Virus record (IMG/VR): IMGVR_UViG_3300014205_000170
Coordinates: 128,001 to 192,000 of that record
Reading direction: 5' to 3' (one strand)
DNA: 64,000 nucleotides
From: a virus
Taxonomy: Duplodnaviria > Caudoviricetes
Part shown: one piece after another, positions 9,939 to 20,142 of the stretch
Layout of the letters: the number at the start of each line of letters is the position of its first letter
Numbering within the stretch: position 1 is the stretch's first letter
Program-made: the position numbers and the translations under genes
The notes under the pieces: model-generated
What the model saw: the letters and a program-made list of their open reading frames with translations, nothing else
What the model was told of the DNA's origin: nothing
Database searches by the model: none

Positions 9939-10163
9939 GTGAAAGATTGGATAATAAAATCAAACGAGTGGTATGATGATTTACCAGAAAATAAAAGATT
10001 TTTATTTTTTTTAATTGTCATAGGAGGCAGTTTATTGCTTTGCCAATATTTACTGTATTCAAAACAATGCATTTGGGCATTACCAGTTTGGGTTATTGTA
10101 TTTTTTTCATGGCGTTTTGGTTATATCATATTGAAAGAACGAGAGAAACACAAAAAAAAATAA
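9939..10163 (+). CDS. small membrane protein
   Basis: Two TM segments. Confidence 0.5.
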   Translation: MKDWIIKSNEWYDDLPENKRFLFFLIVIGGSLLLCQYLLYSKQCIWALPVWVIVFFSWRFGYIILKEREKHKKK

Positions 10164-10179
10164 AATTAATTTCAAAGTT

Positions 10180-10446
10180 ATGCCCAAAAAGTATAAAAGA
10201 AAAACCAAAGGAAAATATGACAGAAAAATTATCTGTCAATATTCTCTTGCTGGAGAACTTTTGAGAGAATGGGAAACTGCAACACAAATAACTTTAGAAT
10301 TAGGGTTTGATAAAAGTGCTATTTTAAGATGTTGTAAGGGGTCTCAAAAAAAATCTTACTGGTTTATTTGGAAATTCAAAGACAAAGAGAATGAAGTTAA
10401 AATATTAAACAAAGATAAAAAACAACAAAAAGAAATCCATTTATAA
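10180..10446 (+). CDS. NUMOD1-type DNA-binding domain protein
   Basis: QYSLAGELLREWE...ELG..SAI.RCCKG...YWFIWKF. Confidence 0.75.
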   Translation: MPKKYKRKTKGKYDRKIICQYSLAGELLREWETATQITLELGFDKSAILRCCKGSQKKSYWFIWKFKDKENEVKILNKDKKQQKEIHL

Positions 10447-11387
10447 TGAACAGAAGAATAAAGGATTCAAGTGAACTTGATGAAAAATATGTATTATCAA
10501 GAATTGTGGAAGGGAAAACTCTTGGAAGCATTGCACATGAATTAAACACTTTCAAATCTGTTGTTAGAGAAATAGCATCAAATAATGGAATGTGCGCACA
10601 TGGAGATATAATAAATCATAACTCAAAATATGTAAGCCCCATTCAAATAGTACCGCATCCAATTAAAATAAACCAGGTAATAAAACCAGTCCCTACTCAT
10701 GAACCAACAATAAGGGATGAACAAATAAAAAAGTTATTTTCCGAAGGTAAGACACAAAAACAAATTTCTGAGATTTTAGGCATGTCACCGCAATATATAA
10801 ATTTACTTGAAAAAGATTTAGGTATTATAAGACGCAAATTTCTTAAAAGTTTAGATAAGAAATTGATGAAGTTAATCACTAAAGATGTTGAACATGGTGT
10901 GTTTTCTTACACAGAAATTCTCGAAAGATATAATATTAATGACATAAAATTAAGAAAATTAGAAACTAAATACAATTTTCCTTCTTTAAGAAAAATTTTT
11001 GTCAAAAAAAGAGACAAGCTTATTGTAGATTTATACACACAAGGATATACTGCTAATGCTATTTTAAATTCTAATAATAAGTTTTTAAAAATCACAAAAA
11101 ACATCACCGCTCCGGAAAGAATTTATTTACTAATTAGAGAACACGGCAAAAAAAGACATCCTCACATTAAAAACAGAGCTGCTGGTGAATGTGCAGAATC
11201 ACTTAAAACATTTAAGTTAATAGAAGAACTTAAAGATGTTCAAAAGAAAGGATTTAATTATATAGCATTGTATTTAAATTTTAACAACAAAAAAACTGTT
11301 ACAGGTACTACATTTAGCGGCGCAAATGTCCAAGCAAAATACAAACAGTATAAAAAATACAAACAGAAACACAAAATGTTAAAATAA
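10446..11387 (+). CDS. multi-HTH DNA-binding protein
   Basis: EGKTLGSIAHELN, EGKTQKQISEILGMSPQYI, further HTH-like segments, very basic. Confidence 0.65.
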   Translation: MNRRIKDSSELDEKYVLSRIVEGKTLGSIAHELNTFKSVVREIASNNGMCAHGDIINHNSKYVSPIQIVPHPIKINQVIKPVPTHEPTIRDEQIKKLFSEGKTQKQISEILGMSPQYINLLEKDLGIIRRKFLKSLDKKLMKLITKDVEHGVFSYTEILERYNINDIKLRKLETKYNFPSLRKIFVKKRDKLIVDLYTQGYTANAILNSNNKFLKITKNITAPERIYLLIREHGKKRHPHIKNRAAGECAESLKTFKLIEELKDVQKKGFNYIALYLNFNNKKTVTGTTFSGANVQAKYKQYKKYKQKHKMLK

Positions 11388-11391
11388 AAAA

Positions 11392-11892
11392 ATGGAGCGA
11401 TTTTTTTCTAATTATAGAATAAATAAAAATGTTGATAGAAAGGCTGTAAATATTTTGATGCAAAATATTAAAAAAAGAACAACCTCTTCTTCTATTTTAG
11501 TATTTACAGCAATTAAAGATTCCCAAGAACAAATTCAAGAAAATTGGGTTATTCAAAAAAAGAAAAATGGAAATTTTAACTTTATGTGTCTAGAAAAAAA
11601 ACCAGACACTCTAAGAACAACAATCTTAAATCATTTATCAAATTCAGAATCAGTAATTGTGGTTATTGTTTGTGACATGAAACAAAAATTAAGTAAAAAG
11701 AAACACATCAGAGAGATGTGGGGCTATAAAATTTTCAATAATGGCAAAGAAACTTCGCTAGAAGAAGTTAGTAGTGAAGATATTTACAAATTTTCTACAA
11801 CAAGTATTGAAACTGGAAAATCTATACCGCCAATAGAGGAAATAGTTTATTGTGGTCCGGATGGAAAAATATGTGGTTGGGATATTAATTAA
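11392..11892 (+). CDS. hypothetical protein
   Basis: ORF. Confidence 0.55.
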   Translation: MERFFSNYRINKNVDRKAVNILMQNIKKRTTSSSILVFTAIKDSQEQIQENWVIQKKKNGNFNFMCLEKKPDTLRTTILNHLSNSESVIVVIVCDMKQKLSKKKHIREMWGYKIFNNGKETSLEEVSSEDIYKFSTTSIETGKSIPPIEEIVYCGPDGKICGWDIN

Positions 11893-11919
11893 ACTAAAAA
11901 AAATTTTTATATTTGCCTT

Positions 11920-12366
11920 ATGGAAAAAAACATTTTGAATATTAAATTCAATTCTCATGCAGAACTATTGTTTGAAATAATAGACAAAAAAATAAGTATT
12001 ACACAAGAGCAAATAAAATCCAAAACAAGAACCAGAACTTTGGCTGACATAAGACGTGTAATCATAAACATTTTAAAAAAGTCAAATCCTAAAGCTACTG
12101 TATATGAAATTGCAGCTGTTGTTAATAGAGACCACTCTAGTGTTAGCACTCAAACGAAAGAGCATTTCAAATTATATGGAAACAATAAGGAATATAGCGG
12201 CTTATTTGATTTTATAAATAACAACTTTCAAAACATCTTAAATAGCAATAAGCCATTAGTAGAACTATATAAAGACCGGAATTACCTTGAAAGTCGATTG
12301 GAGATAGTTAATCAAGCCATTGTAGAAATGGAATCAAATAAAGAAAACTTTAGGTTTTTGCAGTAA
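11920..12366 (+). CDS. stand-alone DnaA domain IV (C-terminal HTH)-like protein
   Basis: IKSKTRTRTLADIR...YEIAAVVNRDHSSV matches DnaA S..R.....R....IG..F.RDHTTV signature; no AAA+ domain. Confidence 0.7.
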   Translation: MEKNILNIKFNSHAELLFEIIDKKISITQEQIKSKTRTRTLADIRRVIINILKKSNPKATVYEIAAVVNRDHSSVSTQTKEHFKLYGNNKEYSGLFDFINNNFQNILNSNKPLVELYKDRNYLESRLEIVNQAIVEMESNKENFRFLQ

Positions 12367-12386
12367 TTCTATCTCAAAAACTGGTT

Positions 12387-12415
12387 TGCAACATTTTTAA
12401 CAGTTTTTCGTTTAA
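12387..12415 (+). promoter_or_regulatory. alternative-sigma promoter TGCAAC-N16-CGTTTAA
   Basis: Exact motif upstream of ORF 12421. Confidence 0.8.
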
Positions 12416-12420
12416 AAGTT

Positions 12421-13224
12421 ATGGAACAAACCATAAAAGATATTTCAGTTTATCGTACAGAAATGGCAAAATCTATGATAGACAAGCTGTTTTTTATTGA
12501 TAAAATTAACCCAGGATTAATTGTAGATTTTGGTTGTGCTGACGGTACAATGCTTAAGTACATAAGAGATTTAAAGCCAGATATTATTTTAATAGGGTAT
12601 GATGTTTCCCAAGAAATGATTGATATTGCTAAATCAAAAAATGAAATTTGGCAAGAATATGACGAAGAACAAATCCCAGTATTTACCTCAGATTGGACAT
12701 TAATTGAAAGATTGGTTAAATACCATACCAGCAAAGGCGTAGAATGCGCCATAACACTTTCATCAGTTATACATGAAGTATATTCTTATGGAACAGAAGA
12801 TACTATTAAGCAATTCTGGAAGAGATTATTCAATACTGAGTTTTCTTACATTGTTGTTCGCGATATGCTTTTAAGCAAAAATTCTGTACACGATTCAGAA
12901 ATAGGAGATATTCAAAAAATTTATAATTCTCAAAATCCACATATTGAAGAATTTGAAACAATGTGGGGTAAAATTTCAAACTATAAAAACCTTTTACATT
13001 ATCTCTTAAAATTCAGGTATAACAAAAATTGGTTTAGAGAACTAAGAGAAAACTATCTCCCAATCACTCTTGAAGATATGATGAGTAAAATTCCAACAGA
13101 AAAATATTCATACGATTTTTATTCTCATTACCTTCTTCCTTTTATAGAACAATCAGTAAAAGAAGAATTTGATATTAAATTAAGTGAGCCAACTCATATA
13201 AAATTGATTCTGAAGAAGAAATAA
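12421..13224 (+). CDS. class I SAM-dependent methyltransferase
   Basis: IVDFGCADG, GYDVSQEMI, SSVIHEVYSY. Confidence 0.8.
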   Translation: MEQTIKDISVYRTEMAKSMIDKLFFIDKINPGLIVDFGCADGTMLKYIRDLKPDIILIGYDVSQEMIDIAKSKNEIWQEYDEEQIPVFTSDWTLIERLVKYHTSKGVECAITLSSVIHEVYSYGTEDTIKQFWKRLFNTEFSYIVVRDMLLSKNSVHDSEIGDIQKIYNSQNPHIEEFETMWGKISNYKNLLHYLLKFRYNKNWFRELRENYLPITLEDMMSKIPTEKYSYDFYSHYLLPFIEQSVKEEFDIKLSEPTHIKLILKKK

Positions 13225-13234
13225 ATACTTATAA

Positions 13235-13384
13235 ATGAAAAAAGTATATAGTAAAAAAGAAATAGAGAAATTATTAAAAGAACAAATTTCAAAATGTGCA
13301 ATGACAATATTTAAAATAAATATGGTTGGTCGTGATAAAGATGATTTTGAAAAGGTTAGACAAACAAAATTAGTTAAATTTTAA
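13235..13384 (+). CDS. small hypothetical protein (49 aa, below ORF-track cutoff)
   Basis: MKKVYSKKEIEKLLKEQISKC...; fills intergenic gap. Confidence 0.45.
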   Translation: MKKVYSKKEIEKLLKEQISKCAMTIFKINMVGRDKDDFEKVRQTKLVKF

Positions 13385-13394
13385 AACAGCACTA

Positions 13395-13586
13395 ATGCTA
13401 ACAACAATTTTAACCATCTCTTTAGTTATTTTAGGCATTATCATGTTGATTGGTATTATCAGATTGATTTTTACACCGGCAGATAATATGCTAGATTTTT
13501 TTGTTCACTTAATGTTACTTGATTGGATGGGTGATATATTAGGATGGATTATCGATACTACATGTAATTTAAAAAACGACGATTAA
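13395..13586 (+). CDS. small membrane protein
   Basis: Hydrophobic. Confidence 0.5.
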   Translation: MLTTILTISLVILGIIMLIGIIRLIFTPADNMLDFFVHLMLLDWMGDILGWIIDTTCNLKNDD

Positions 13587-13825
13587 TGGAAAATCAAAAC
13601 ATAACTATAGTTCACACAATCAATAAAAAAAACTACGTTCTTATTAATTATTTCATTTATTCAATGTCCGGTGTTACTATAATGCAACATAGAGCAAAAA
13701 AATTTGAATGTATCTTACAAGGCATAACTTGGAAATGGAACTTATTCAGACAATATAGAGTTGCTCATTTATTAGTTCCAGAAGAAAATATAATAGATTT
13801 CAACAACGAAATATTAGCTGAATAA
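13586..13825 (+). CDS. hypothetical protein
   Basis: Stop/start overlaps both sides. Confidence 0.5.
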   Translation: MENQNITIVHTINKKNYVLINYFIYSMSGVTIMQHRAKKFECILQGITWKWNLFRQYRVAHLLVPEENIIDFNNEILAE

Positions 13826-14256
13826 TGAGATTGTGGTCTTTAAATCCTAGTTATCTTGATTCAAAAGGTTTAGTAGCTTTATGGAGAGAAACGTTATTAG
13901 CAAAAAAAGTTTTAGAAAATAAAACTGTTGGATATAAATTCCATCCACAACTTCAAAGATTTAAAAACACTGACAATCCTATTTCTTATATAAACGAATA
14001 TTTAAAAGCAATTTATTTCGAAGCAGAAAGAAGAAAATTTAAATTTGATAGAAATAAAATTTGTTGGTCTTTAAACGCTGATTCAATTACTGTAACAAAT
14101 AAACAAATAGAGTTTGAATTTTCACATTTATTAAAAAAACTCAAAATAAGAGATAAAGATAAATTTGAAAAATTAAAAATAAAAACAAAACTTCAAACTC
14201 ATCCTATTTTTAAAATAGTAAAAGGAGGAATTGAAGAATGGGAAATTATAAAATGA
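13825..14256 (+). CDS. pyrimidine dimer DNA glycosylase / endonuclease V family
   Basis: MRLWSLNPSYLDSKGLVALWRE.LLA, GY..HPQL.RF. Confidence 0.85.
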   Translation: MRLWSLNPSYLDSKGLVALWRETLLAKKVLENKTVGYKFHPQLQRFKNTDNPISYINEYLKAIYFEAERRKFKFDRNKICWSLNADSITVTNKQIEFEFSHLLKKLKIRDKDKFEKLKIKTKLQTHPIFKIVKGGIEEWEIIK

Positions 14257-14687
14257 AAATTTCATTAGATATTCACGGTGTGGTTGATGCTCTTCCAGAA
14301 GCGTTTGCCTTTCTATCAAAGGCTATTATAAATGCCGGTGGTCAGGTACACATCGTCACAGGAGGTGCTTGGAGTGTAGAATTGGAAAAAAAATTAAATG
14401 ATGCTGGAATAGTGTGGTCACATAATTTTTCAGTATATGACCATTTAATAAGTTCTAATGTACCAACAACTGGTCAAATACAATTTCCAGATGGAACAAT
14501 CCAACAAAAATTTGAAGATGGGCATTGGGATAAGGCTAAAGCAGAATATTGTCGTAAACATAATATTGATTTACACATTGATGATACTTTAATTTATAAT
14601 GAGCATTTTACAACTCCATTTGCCAGGTTATGGACTCACAACAACAACCCAAAAGCTAGTCATAAGGAAGTAAGACATTTGTCTTAA
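14253..14687 (+). CDS. HAD-superfamily phosphatase-like protein
   Basis: ISLDIHGV, VTG, K..YC....IDLHIDD. Confidence 0.65.
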   Translation: MKISLDIHGVVDALPEAFAFLSKAIINAGGQVHIVTGGAWSVELEKKLNDAGIVWSHNFSVYDHLISSNVPTTGQIQFPDGTIQQKFEDGHWDKAKAEYCRKHNIDLHIDDTLIYNEHFTTPFARLWTHNNNPKASHKEVRHLS

Positions 14688-14957
14688 ATGGGGTTTGAAA
14701 ATTTATATAAAAAGGAAGTTTTAATAGAAAAATTTCATAAACTTAAAAAAGATGATTTTATTAAAATAAGAAACAGCTTTTGTGTTGAAACATTAATTTT
14801 CAAAGACCATAAAAATAGTATCGGAAAAGTTCTTTCAATAAACACGGCAGGGAAAGACGTTCTAGTGGTTAAGTGGATATATTTAACTGACAACACACAT
14901 TCATTGCCAACGTTTATACATATAGAGAATGTGATTAAGTATAATTCTAAAATTTAA
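14688..14957 (+). CDS. hypothetical protein
   Basis: ORF. Confidence 0.5.
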   Translation: MGFENLYKKEVLIEKFHKLKKDDFIKIRNSFCVETLIFKDHKNSIGKVLSINTAGKDVLVVKWIYLTDNTHSLPTFIHIENVIKYNSKI

Positions 14958-14999
14958 ACAATAATTTCCTTTTTTCATTAAACTTGCTATATTTGTCTT

Positions 15000-17378
15000 A
15001 TGGCAAAGAAAAAATCAAATTCTGAACAGAAATACGTATTGGTTGTTGAGTCACCCTCAAAAATCAAAAAAATCAAAGAAATTTTAAAAAGTTTGGGCCC
15101 GGATTATAAAAATTATGATGTGGCTGCTTCATATGGACATATTACCGAACTTTCTAAAGGAAGTGCCGGTATCGATAAAAAAGACAACTTCAAACCAACT
15201 TACAATGTTTCTGCTGAAAAGAAAGATGTAGTAAAAACATTACAAGAATTTAAAAAGAATGGATATGAATTTATTCTTTCAAGTGACCCTGACCGTGAAG
15301 GAGAAGCGATTAGTTGGCATATAGTTCAAACTTTAAAACTTCCCATTGAAGATACAAAACGAATCACATTTACTGAAATTACAAAAAAAGCAGTAGAAGA
15401 GGCTTTGCAACATCCAAGACTCATCGATATGAATTTAGTCAATTCACAACAAGCTCGACGTGTTTTAGATAGATTGGTGGGTTTTGATTTATCTGGATTA
15501 CTTTGGAAAAAGGTTCGTCCAAATTTGAGTGCTGGTCGCGTTCAAAGTGTTGCAGTAAGATTGATTTCTGAAAAAGAAAAAGAAATAAACGCCTTTGCAT
15601 CTGATGTTGATTTTAAAACAGTAGGCACCTTTAATAACAAGAAAAACATTTCCATCAAATCAATTCTTGATAAGAGATTTAAAGATAAAAAAGAAGCTAC
15701 TGAATTTTTGAAAAAATGTATTGGAAAAGAATTTGTAGTAAATTCCAAAGAAACAAAGCCAGGAAAGAAAACTCCGTCTGCTCCATTTACAACGAGTACT
15801 TTACAACAAGCTGCCGGAGGTAGATTAGGATTCACTGTTGATAGAACAATGAGAACAGCACAAAAGCTTTATGAGGGTGGTCACATTTCCTACATGAGAA
15901 CAGACTCTGTGATTTTATCAGAAGATGCTGTTAAAGCCATTAGTTCTGAGATTACAACAAAATATGGAGCAAATTATTTAACTAATAGAACTTTCAAAAG
16001 CAAAGCAAAAGGTGCACAAGAAGCTCACGAGGCTATTCGTCCAACACATATGGAGAATACTATTGCCGGAGGAGATTCTGATGAACAACGTTTATATGAG
16101 TTAATTTGGAAAAGAACGATTGCTTCTCAAATGAGTGATGCGCAAGTTGAAAATACAACTGTATATATTGGAACTAGTGGAATTAAAGAACAATTTATTG
16201 CAAAAGGTCAAGTTATAAAATTTGATGGATTTACAAAAGTTTACAATGATGTTGAAGATTCAAAAGAAGAGGATAACGAAGAGAGTGATTCAAAAGCATT
16301 GCCTCCAATTGAAAAAGGTGATAAATTAAATTATAAAGAAATCGTTTCAGCACAATCATTTACAAAACCGGCTCCAAGATTTAATGAACCAGGATTGGTT
16401 AAAAAATTAGAAGAATCTGGAATAGGTAGACCAAGTACTTATGCAGCAACCATTAAAACAATTCAAGATAGAGGATATGTTGAAAAGAAAGATATTCCTG
16501 TAAAAGAACGAAAAATAGAAACTTTAACTTTAATAGCAGACAAAAATACTATTGATGAAAGTGAAAAACTAGATAAGTTTGGTGGAGAAAAAGGAAAATT
16601 GGTTCCCACAGAAATTGCAACTGTTGTTGTGGATTATTTGAAAGAACATTTCTCTGAAATTATGGATTATAATTTTACTGCTGAAACAGAAGGAAAATTA
16701 GATGAAATTGCTGAAGGAAATAAAGAGTGGACCAAGATGATTGGAGATTTTTACAAGCCATTCAGCAAAATCCTCAAAGAAGCTGCTGGTACAGAAGGAA
16801 AAGCTGGTATTAAAGAATTAGGAAAAGACCCAATAACCGGTAAACCAGTATTTGCTCGTATCGGTCGATTTGGAGCAATGGTTCAGTTAGGTGACGGTGA
16901 CAAAGACAGCGACAACAAGCCAAAGTTCGCTAAACTTAAAGAAGGCCAGACAATAGAATCTATTACGATGAAAGAAGCTCTCGAATTGTTAATTTGGCCA
17001 ATCAACCTTGGAAAGCATGGAAATCAAGAAGTTACAGTAGCAATTGGACGTTTTGGACCATATGTTAAAATCGATAATATTTATGCTTCCATCCCAAAAG
17101 AAGAAGACCCTGCCAAAATAACGCTTAAAAGGGCAATAGAGCTGTTTGAGGAAAAAAAGGTGGCAAAGAACAGTAATGTTATAAAAGAGTTTAAAAAGCA
17201 AAACATAAGTGTTTTAAACGGTAAATTCGGTCCATATATTAAGTCAAAAACTGGAAATCATAAAATTCCAGCCGGTAAAGATGCTGAAAATTTAACATTA
17301 GCCGATTGTGAACAAATAATTACTGAGTCAAAAGATAAACCAAAGTCAAAATTCACTAAATTTAAAAAGAAAAAATAA
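15000..17378 (+). CDS. topA: DNA topoisomerase I (type IA) with C-terminal GRFGPY repeats
   Basis: VVESPSK, SDPDREGE, SAGRVQ, ISYMRTD (catalytic Tyr), AHEAIRPT, GIGRPSTY. Confidence 0.97.
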   Translation: MAKKKSNSEQKYVLVVESPSKIKKIKEILKSLGPDYKNYDVAASYGHITELSKGSAGIDKKDNFKPTYNVSAEKKDVVKTLQEFKKNGYEFILSSDPDREGEAISWHIVQTLKLPIEDTKRITFTEITKKAVEEALQHPRLIDMNLVNSQQARRVLDRLVGFDLSGLLWKKVRPNLSAGRVQSVAVRLISEKEKEINAFASDVDFKTVGTFNNKKNISIKSILDKRFKDKKEATEFLKKCIGKEFVVNSKETKPGKKTPSAPFTTSTLQQAAGGRLGFTVDRTMRTAQKLYEGGHISYMRTDSVILSEDAVKAISSEITTKYGANYLTNRTFKSKAKGAQEAHEAIRPTHMENTIAGGDSDEQRLYELIWKRTIASQMSDAQVENTTVYIGTSGIKEQFIAKGQVIKFDGFTKVYNDVEDSKEEDNEESDSKALPPIEKGDKLNYKEIVSAQSFTKPAPRFNEPGLVKKLEESGIGRPSTYAATIKTIQDRGYVEKKDIPVKERKIETLTLIADKNTIDESEKLDKFGGEKGKLVPTEIATVVVDYLKEHFSEIMDYNFTAETEGKLDEIAEGNKEWTKMIGDFYKPFSKILKEAAGTEGKAGIKELGKDPITGKPVFARIGRFGAMVQLGDGDKDSDNKPKFAKLKEGQTIESITMKEALELLIWPINLGKHGNQEVTVAIGRFGPYVKIDNIYASIPKEEDPAKITLKRAIELFEEKKVAKNSNVIKEFKKQNISVLNGKFGPYIKSKTGNHKIPAGKDAENLTLADCEQIITESKDKPKSKFTKFKKKK

Positions 17379-17383
17379 ATATT

Positions 17384-17581
17384 ATGGGAGCAGCTTATGA
17401 TGCAATGTGTGAAAATGAAGGACTTCAATCCACATTGAATAATAGAAATAAAAAAATAAGAGAACAGAAAAAACTTATCATTGAGTTATGTGAAGGTATT
17501 AAAGAAAATTTAAAAGCAACTCATCCATTATCAATAAAATCAACAAAAATTTTATCTACTTTAATTAAAAAGAAAAAATAA
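17384..17581 (+). CDS. hypothetical protein
   Basis: ORF. Confidence 0.45.
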   Translation: MGAAYDAMCENEGLQSTLNNRNKKIREQKKLIIELCEGIKENLKATHPLSIKSTKILSTLIKKKK

Positions 17582-17583
17582 TT

Positions 17584-17874
17584 GTGTCAGTATGTAGTTT
17601 ATGCAATCAATCTATGGATGAATGTGAAAAAGATACATTCTGTGCTAGAAATATTTTAAATTCAAAACCACAACTTGTCATAACTAATGAGTGGGGACAA
17701 AAGATAACATACTTTAGTTTTCAACATGCTACCGATGCTATGAAGGAATATTCAGATGTTATTGTTAGACAATTAAATACTGAAACTAGAAAAATGTTGA
17801 TAGAAAAAATTAATACTAAACAATCAGTAAACTCTCAATTATTTAGAACATTATCAGGTATTTTAAATTCTTAA
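17584..17874 (+). CDS. hypothetical protein with N-terminal Cys cluster
   Basis: CSLC...C....C. Confidence 0.5.
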   Translation: MSVCSLCNQSMDECEKDTFCARNILNSKPQLVITNEWGQKITYFSFQHATDAMKEYSDVIVRQLNTETRKMLIEKINTKQSVNSQLFRTLSGILNS

Positions 17875-17884
17875 AACAAACACA

Positions 17885-18013
17885 ATGAGTAAAAAAATGA
17901 ATTTATGGAAAAGGTTTTCCAAATGGTGTGATAGAAATTTTAGTTATTATCTTACAAACCCAAATCACCACGACAGACTAAGAAGAAGGTTTGAATTAGA
18001 AGATTCTTTATAA
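17885..18013 (+). CDS. small hypothetical protein (42 aa)
   Basis: MSKKMNLWKRFSKWCDRNFSYYLTNPNHHDRL...; fills gap. Confidence 0.4.
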   Translation: MSKKMNLWKRFSKWCDRNFSYYLTNPNHHDRLRRRFELEDSL

Positions 18014-18517
18014 TTCCACCTCAAAAACATTTAAAATACTAGCTCTTATTATTTTCGTTTCTTTAATGGTCGAGAAGAAAGAACTGTCTATATATAAAAA
18101 TATTGCAAATTGACTTTTTGATTCAATATATTTTTTAAAAGCTCTCATTAAATCAAAATCTTCACCAAATAAAGATGCATTCCAATTTAGTCTATAACTA
18201 TTAACAGAACATGATTTACTCACTATCTTTTCATCTGGACTATACACGTTGTTTGAATAATATTTAAATTTTTTAAAATCATCTTTTTCAACAATAACTT
18301 TTCTTGTATGTATTTGCACATAATCAGAAGCTGGTTTTTGCACAACACAGCCACCCTCAGTAAGAAAAGCAGTAAATCCCGGAGTATTAACAAAAAACAC
18401 ATTTTCTAGTGGAATCTCACTTTTAGCCAACTCATTGGCCACTGATGTATAAAAACCTTCCCAAACTTTTTGATTATTAATATCGAGAAATCGATTTATA
18501 GCCGGATGAAAGTTCAT
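18008..18517 (-). CDS. hypothetical protein
   Basis: ORF with TATATTTG promoter at 18523-18530. Confidence 0.55.
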   Translation of the reverse strand: MNFHPAINRFLDINNQKVWEGFYTSVANELAKSEIPLENVFFVNTPGFTAFLTEGGCVVQKPASDYVQIHTRKVIVEKDDFKKFKYYSNNVYSPDEKIVSKSCSVNSYRLNWNASLFGEDFDLMRAFKKYIESKSQFAIFLYIDSSFFSTIKETKIIRASILNVFEVEL

Positions 18518-18578
18518 ACTTTCAAATATATAGGTCTAAATTATGAAAATCAAGTTCTTAAAAACAACATTTTGGCCC

Positions 18579-18585
18579 TATTTAT
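18579..18585 (+). promoter_or_regulatory. putative late-promoter motif TATTTAT
   Basis: A few nt before ATG 18592. Also on + at 27886, 32923 (TATTTAG), 54333 and on - at 30083, 38365, 41690, 54301. Confidence 0.55.
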
Positions 18586-18591
18586 CTCTAA

Positions 18592-19104
18592 ATGAATTTT
18601 CTAAGAAAATATATTCGTAAATTATTATCAGAAGCTATTCTGGACATCCATTACAGCGAAAGACTGTATGACAGATTAATAAACATGAGTACACAAAATG
18701 TTGGTTATGAAATTCCTGGTACTGTTGGAGAATATAAAATAATTGGCACTTATATTATTCCAGATAATATCAAAAGTCAAATTATAGAGAATGCAAAAAT
18801 AATTGAGAAATACAATTTTCCAAAAGCAAAATCTTTTGGTATATTAATAGCTAACATTATAATTGATAAAAATAAAGTAAATTATAATGCTCCGGAATTA
18901 AAAGCAGAAGCTGCTAATAAAGTCTTGGTTTTGGTTGATGAAAAAACTAATAGCAATGGAAATGTGGTTTATGCTATAGTTCGCGAAAACATTCTAAAGA
19001 CAATTTATTTTGCTAAGAGCTATGTCCCACAAGATGCTGCTAAATTAAGAGTTGATGTGATAGTAAAAAATATTGATACTATTAAAACTGGTAAGATTAG
19101 ATAG
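18592..19104 (+). CDS. hypothetical protein with LRKYIRKLLSE leader (putative virion-internal)
   Basis: Shared tag motif; TATTTAT upstream. Confidence 0.6.
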   Translation: MNFLRKYIRKLLSEAILDIHYSERLYDRLINMSTQNVGYEIPGTVGEYKIIGTYIIPDNIKSQIIENAKIIEKYNFPKAKSFGILIANIIIDKNKVNYNAPELKAEAANKVLVLVDEKTNSNGNVVYAIVRENILKTIYFAKSYVPQDAAKLRVDVIVKNIDTIKTGKIR

Positions 19105-19117
19105 TTTTAATGTTTCT

Positions 19118-19414
19118 TTAATAAGAACATTCTAATTTTACATTATCCTTTTCAATCCAAACTTCAATATAAAAATGATTTTTAGAGCTCGAATTTGTGT
19201 CCTGTTTTAAAAACTTTTGGTCTATTGAAAATGTCCAACAATCTATATTTTCATAATTAACATAATCAAAGGCCAAATCATCCTTATTAATAGAAACATA
19301 AATTCGAGGTTTATATTTAATGCGGCCTTCTTTCTTTCCTTTAGGAATTAATCCATATTGTAATATGGAATTACGATTTTTGCGCGGAGAAATATGATAT
19401 ACTGTTACTAACAT
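19118..19414 (-). CDS. small ADP-ribosyltransferase/KptA-like fold protein
   Basis: VYHIS...N..SILQYGLIP....RIYVS pattern. Confidence 0.5.
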   Translation of the reverse strand: MLVTVYHISPRKNRNSILQYGLIPKGKKEGRIKYKPRIYVSINKDDLAFDYVNYENIDCWTFSIDQKFLKQDTNSSSKNHFYIEVWIEKDNVKLECSY

Positions 19415-19659
19415 TTTATTTTATGTTGATGACAAAACCATTCTTGATTTCGCATATCAAAATTAGAGCCACTCGCTAAATGAGTGCAATTCATAACGGA
19501 AGCATGATTTACTATCATTTTAAGCCACCGGTTACAACCTGTTTCATCAGCTCTTTGATGAGAACATAATACCGGTATAATATCACCTTCCTTTACGGTA
19601 TCAATATCGTAGAGGTATTTTTTCCAAAGAGGTTTTTTATTATTTTTTTTCGTTGACAT
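19408..19659 (-). CDS. Cys/His-rich hypothetical protein
   Basis: CSH..GC...WFCHQH. Confidence 0.5.
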   Translation of the reverse strand: MSTKKNNKKPLWKKYLYDIDTVKEGDIIPVLCSHQRADETGCNRWLKMIVNHASVMNCTHLASGSNFDMRNQEWFCHQHKIKC

Positions 19660-20089
19660 TTTTTATAATATATGAATTCATTCCAAAATAACATGGTTCA
19701 ATACCCCACTCAATAAATTTCTTTTGCACAGCATTTTGATTTCTCACAGGATAACTATGGTCATGTTTCCAATATCCTTTGTTAGTTTCATTTTGAGGTT
19801 TGTCATACGGGATAAAAATAAATTCTCCAATACTACAATCAAGATTTGGATGAATATGAACGAACATTTTACCAATTCTTTTCTTCTTCATTGAATTTGT
19901 TTTTTTATCAAATTCCGTTTCAAAATCAAAAGTAACTGTTATATCTTCATCGTCAGCTTTGGTATAAGAACCATAATTTCCATTAAAATATGTAAAGTTG
20001 AAATCTGATTTTATTGCATCATCAAAATTCCAAATCATCTTAGCAATTTCAATGGCCTGTTCTGGTAAAATATCCTTTAAACCTTTCAT
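19640..20089 (-). CDS. hypothetical protein
   Basis: First gene after alternative-sigma promoter. Confidence 0.6.
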   Translation of the reverse strand: MKGLKDILPEQAIEIAKMIWNFDDAIKSDFNFTYFNGNYGSYTKADDEDITVTFDFETEFDKKTNSMKKKRIGKMFVHIHPNLDCSIGEFIFIPYDKPQNETNKGYWKHDHSYPVRNQNAVQKKFIEWGIEPCYFGMNSYIIKNVNEKK

Positions 20090-20095
20090 ACTATT

Positions 20096-20124
20096 TTAAA
20101 CGAAAAATAGGCAAAAACGTTGCA
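20096..20124 (-). promoter_or_regulatory. alternative-sigma promoter TGCAAC-N16-CGTTTAA
   Basis: Exact motif on minus strand. Confidence 0.8.
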
Positions 20125-20142
20125 TTTTAACAAATTATTGGA

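Noticed and set aside
13226-13233. TACTTATA as an extra late-promoter copy
   Set aside because: Mismatch in a very AT-rich context where such words occur by chance
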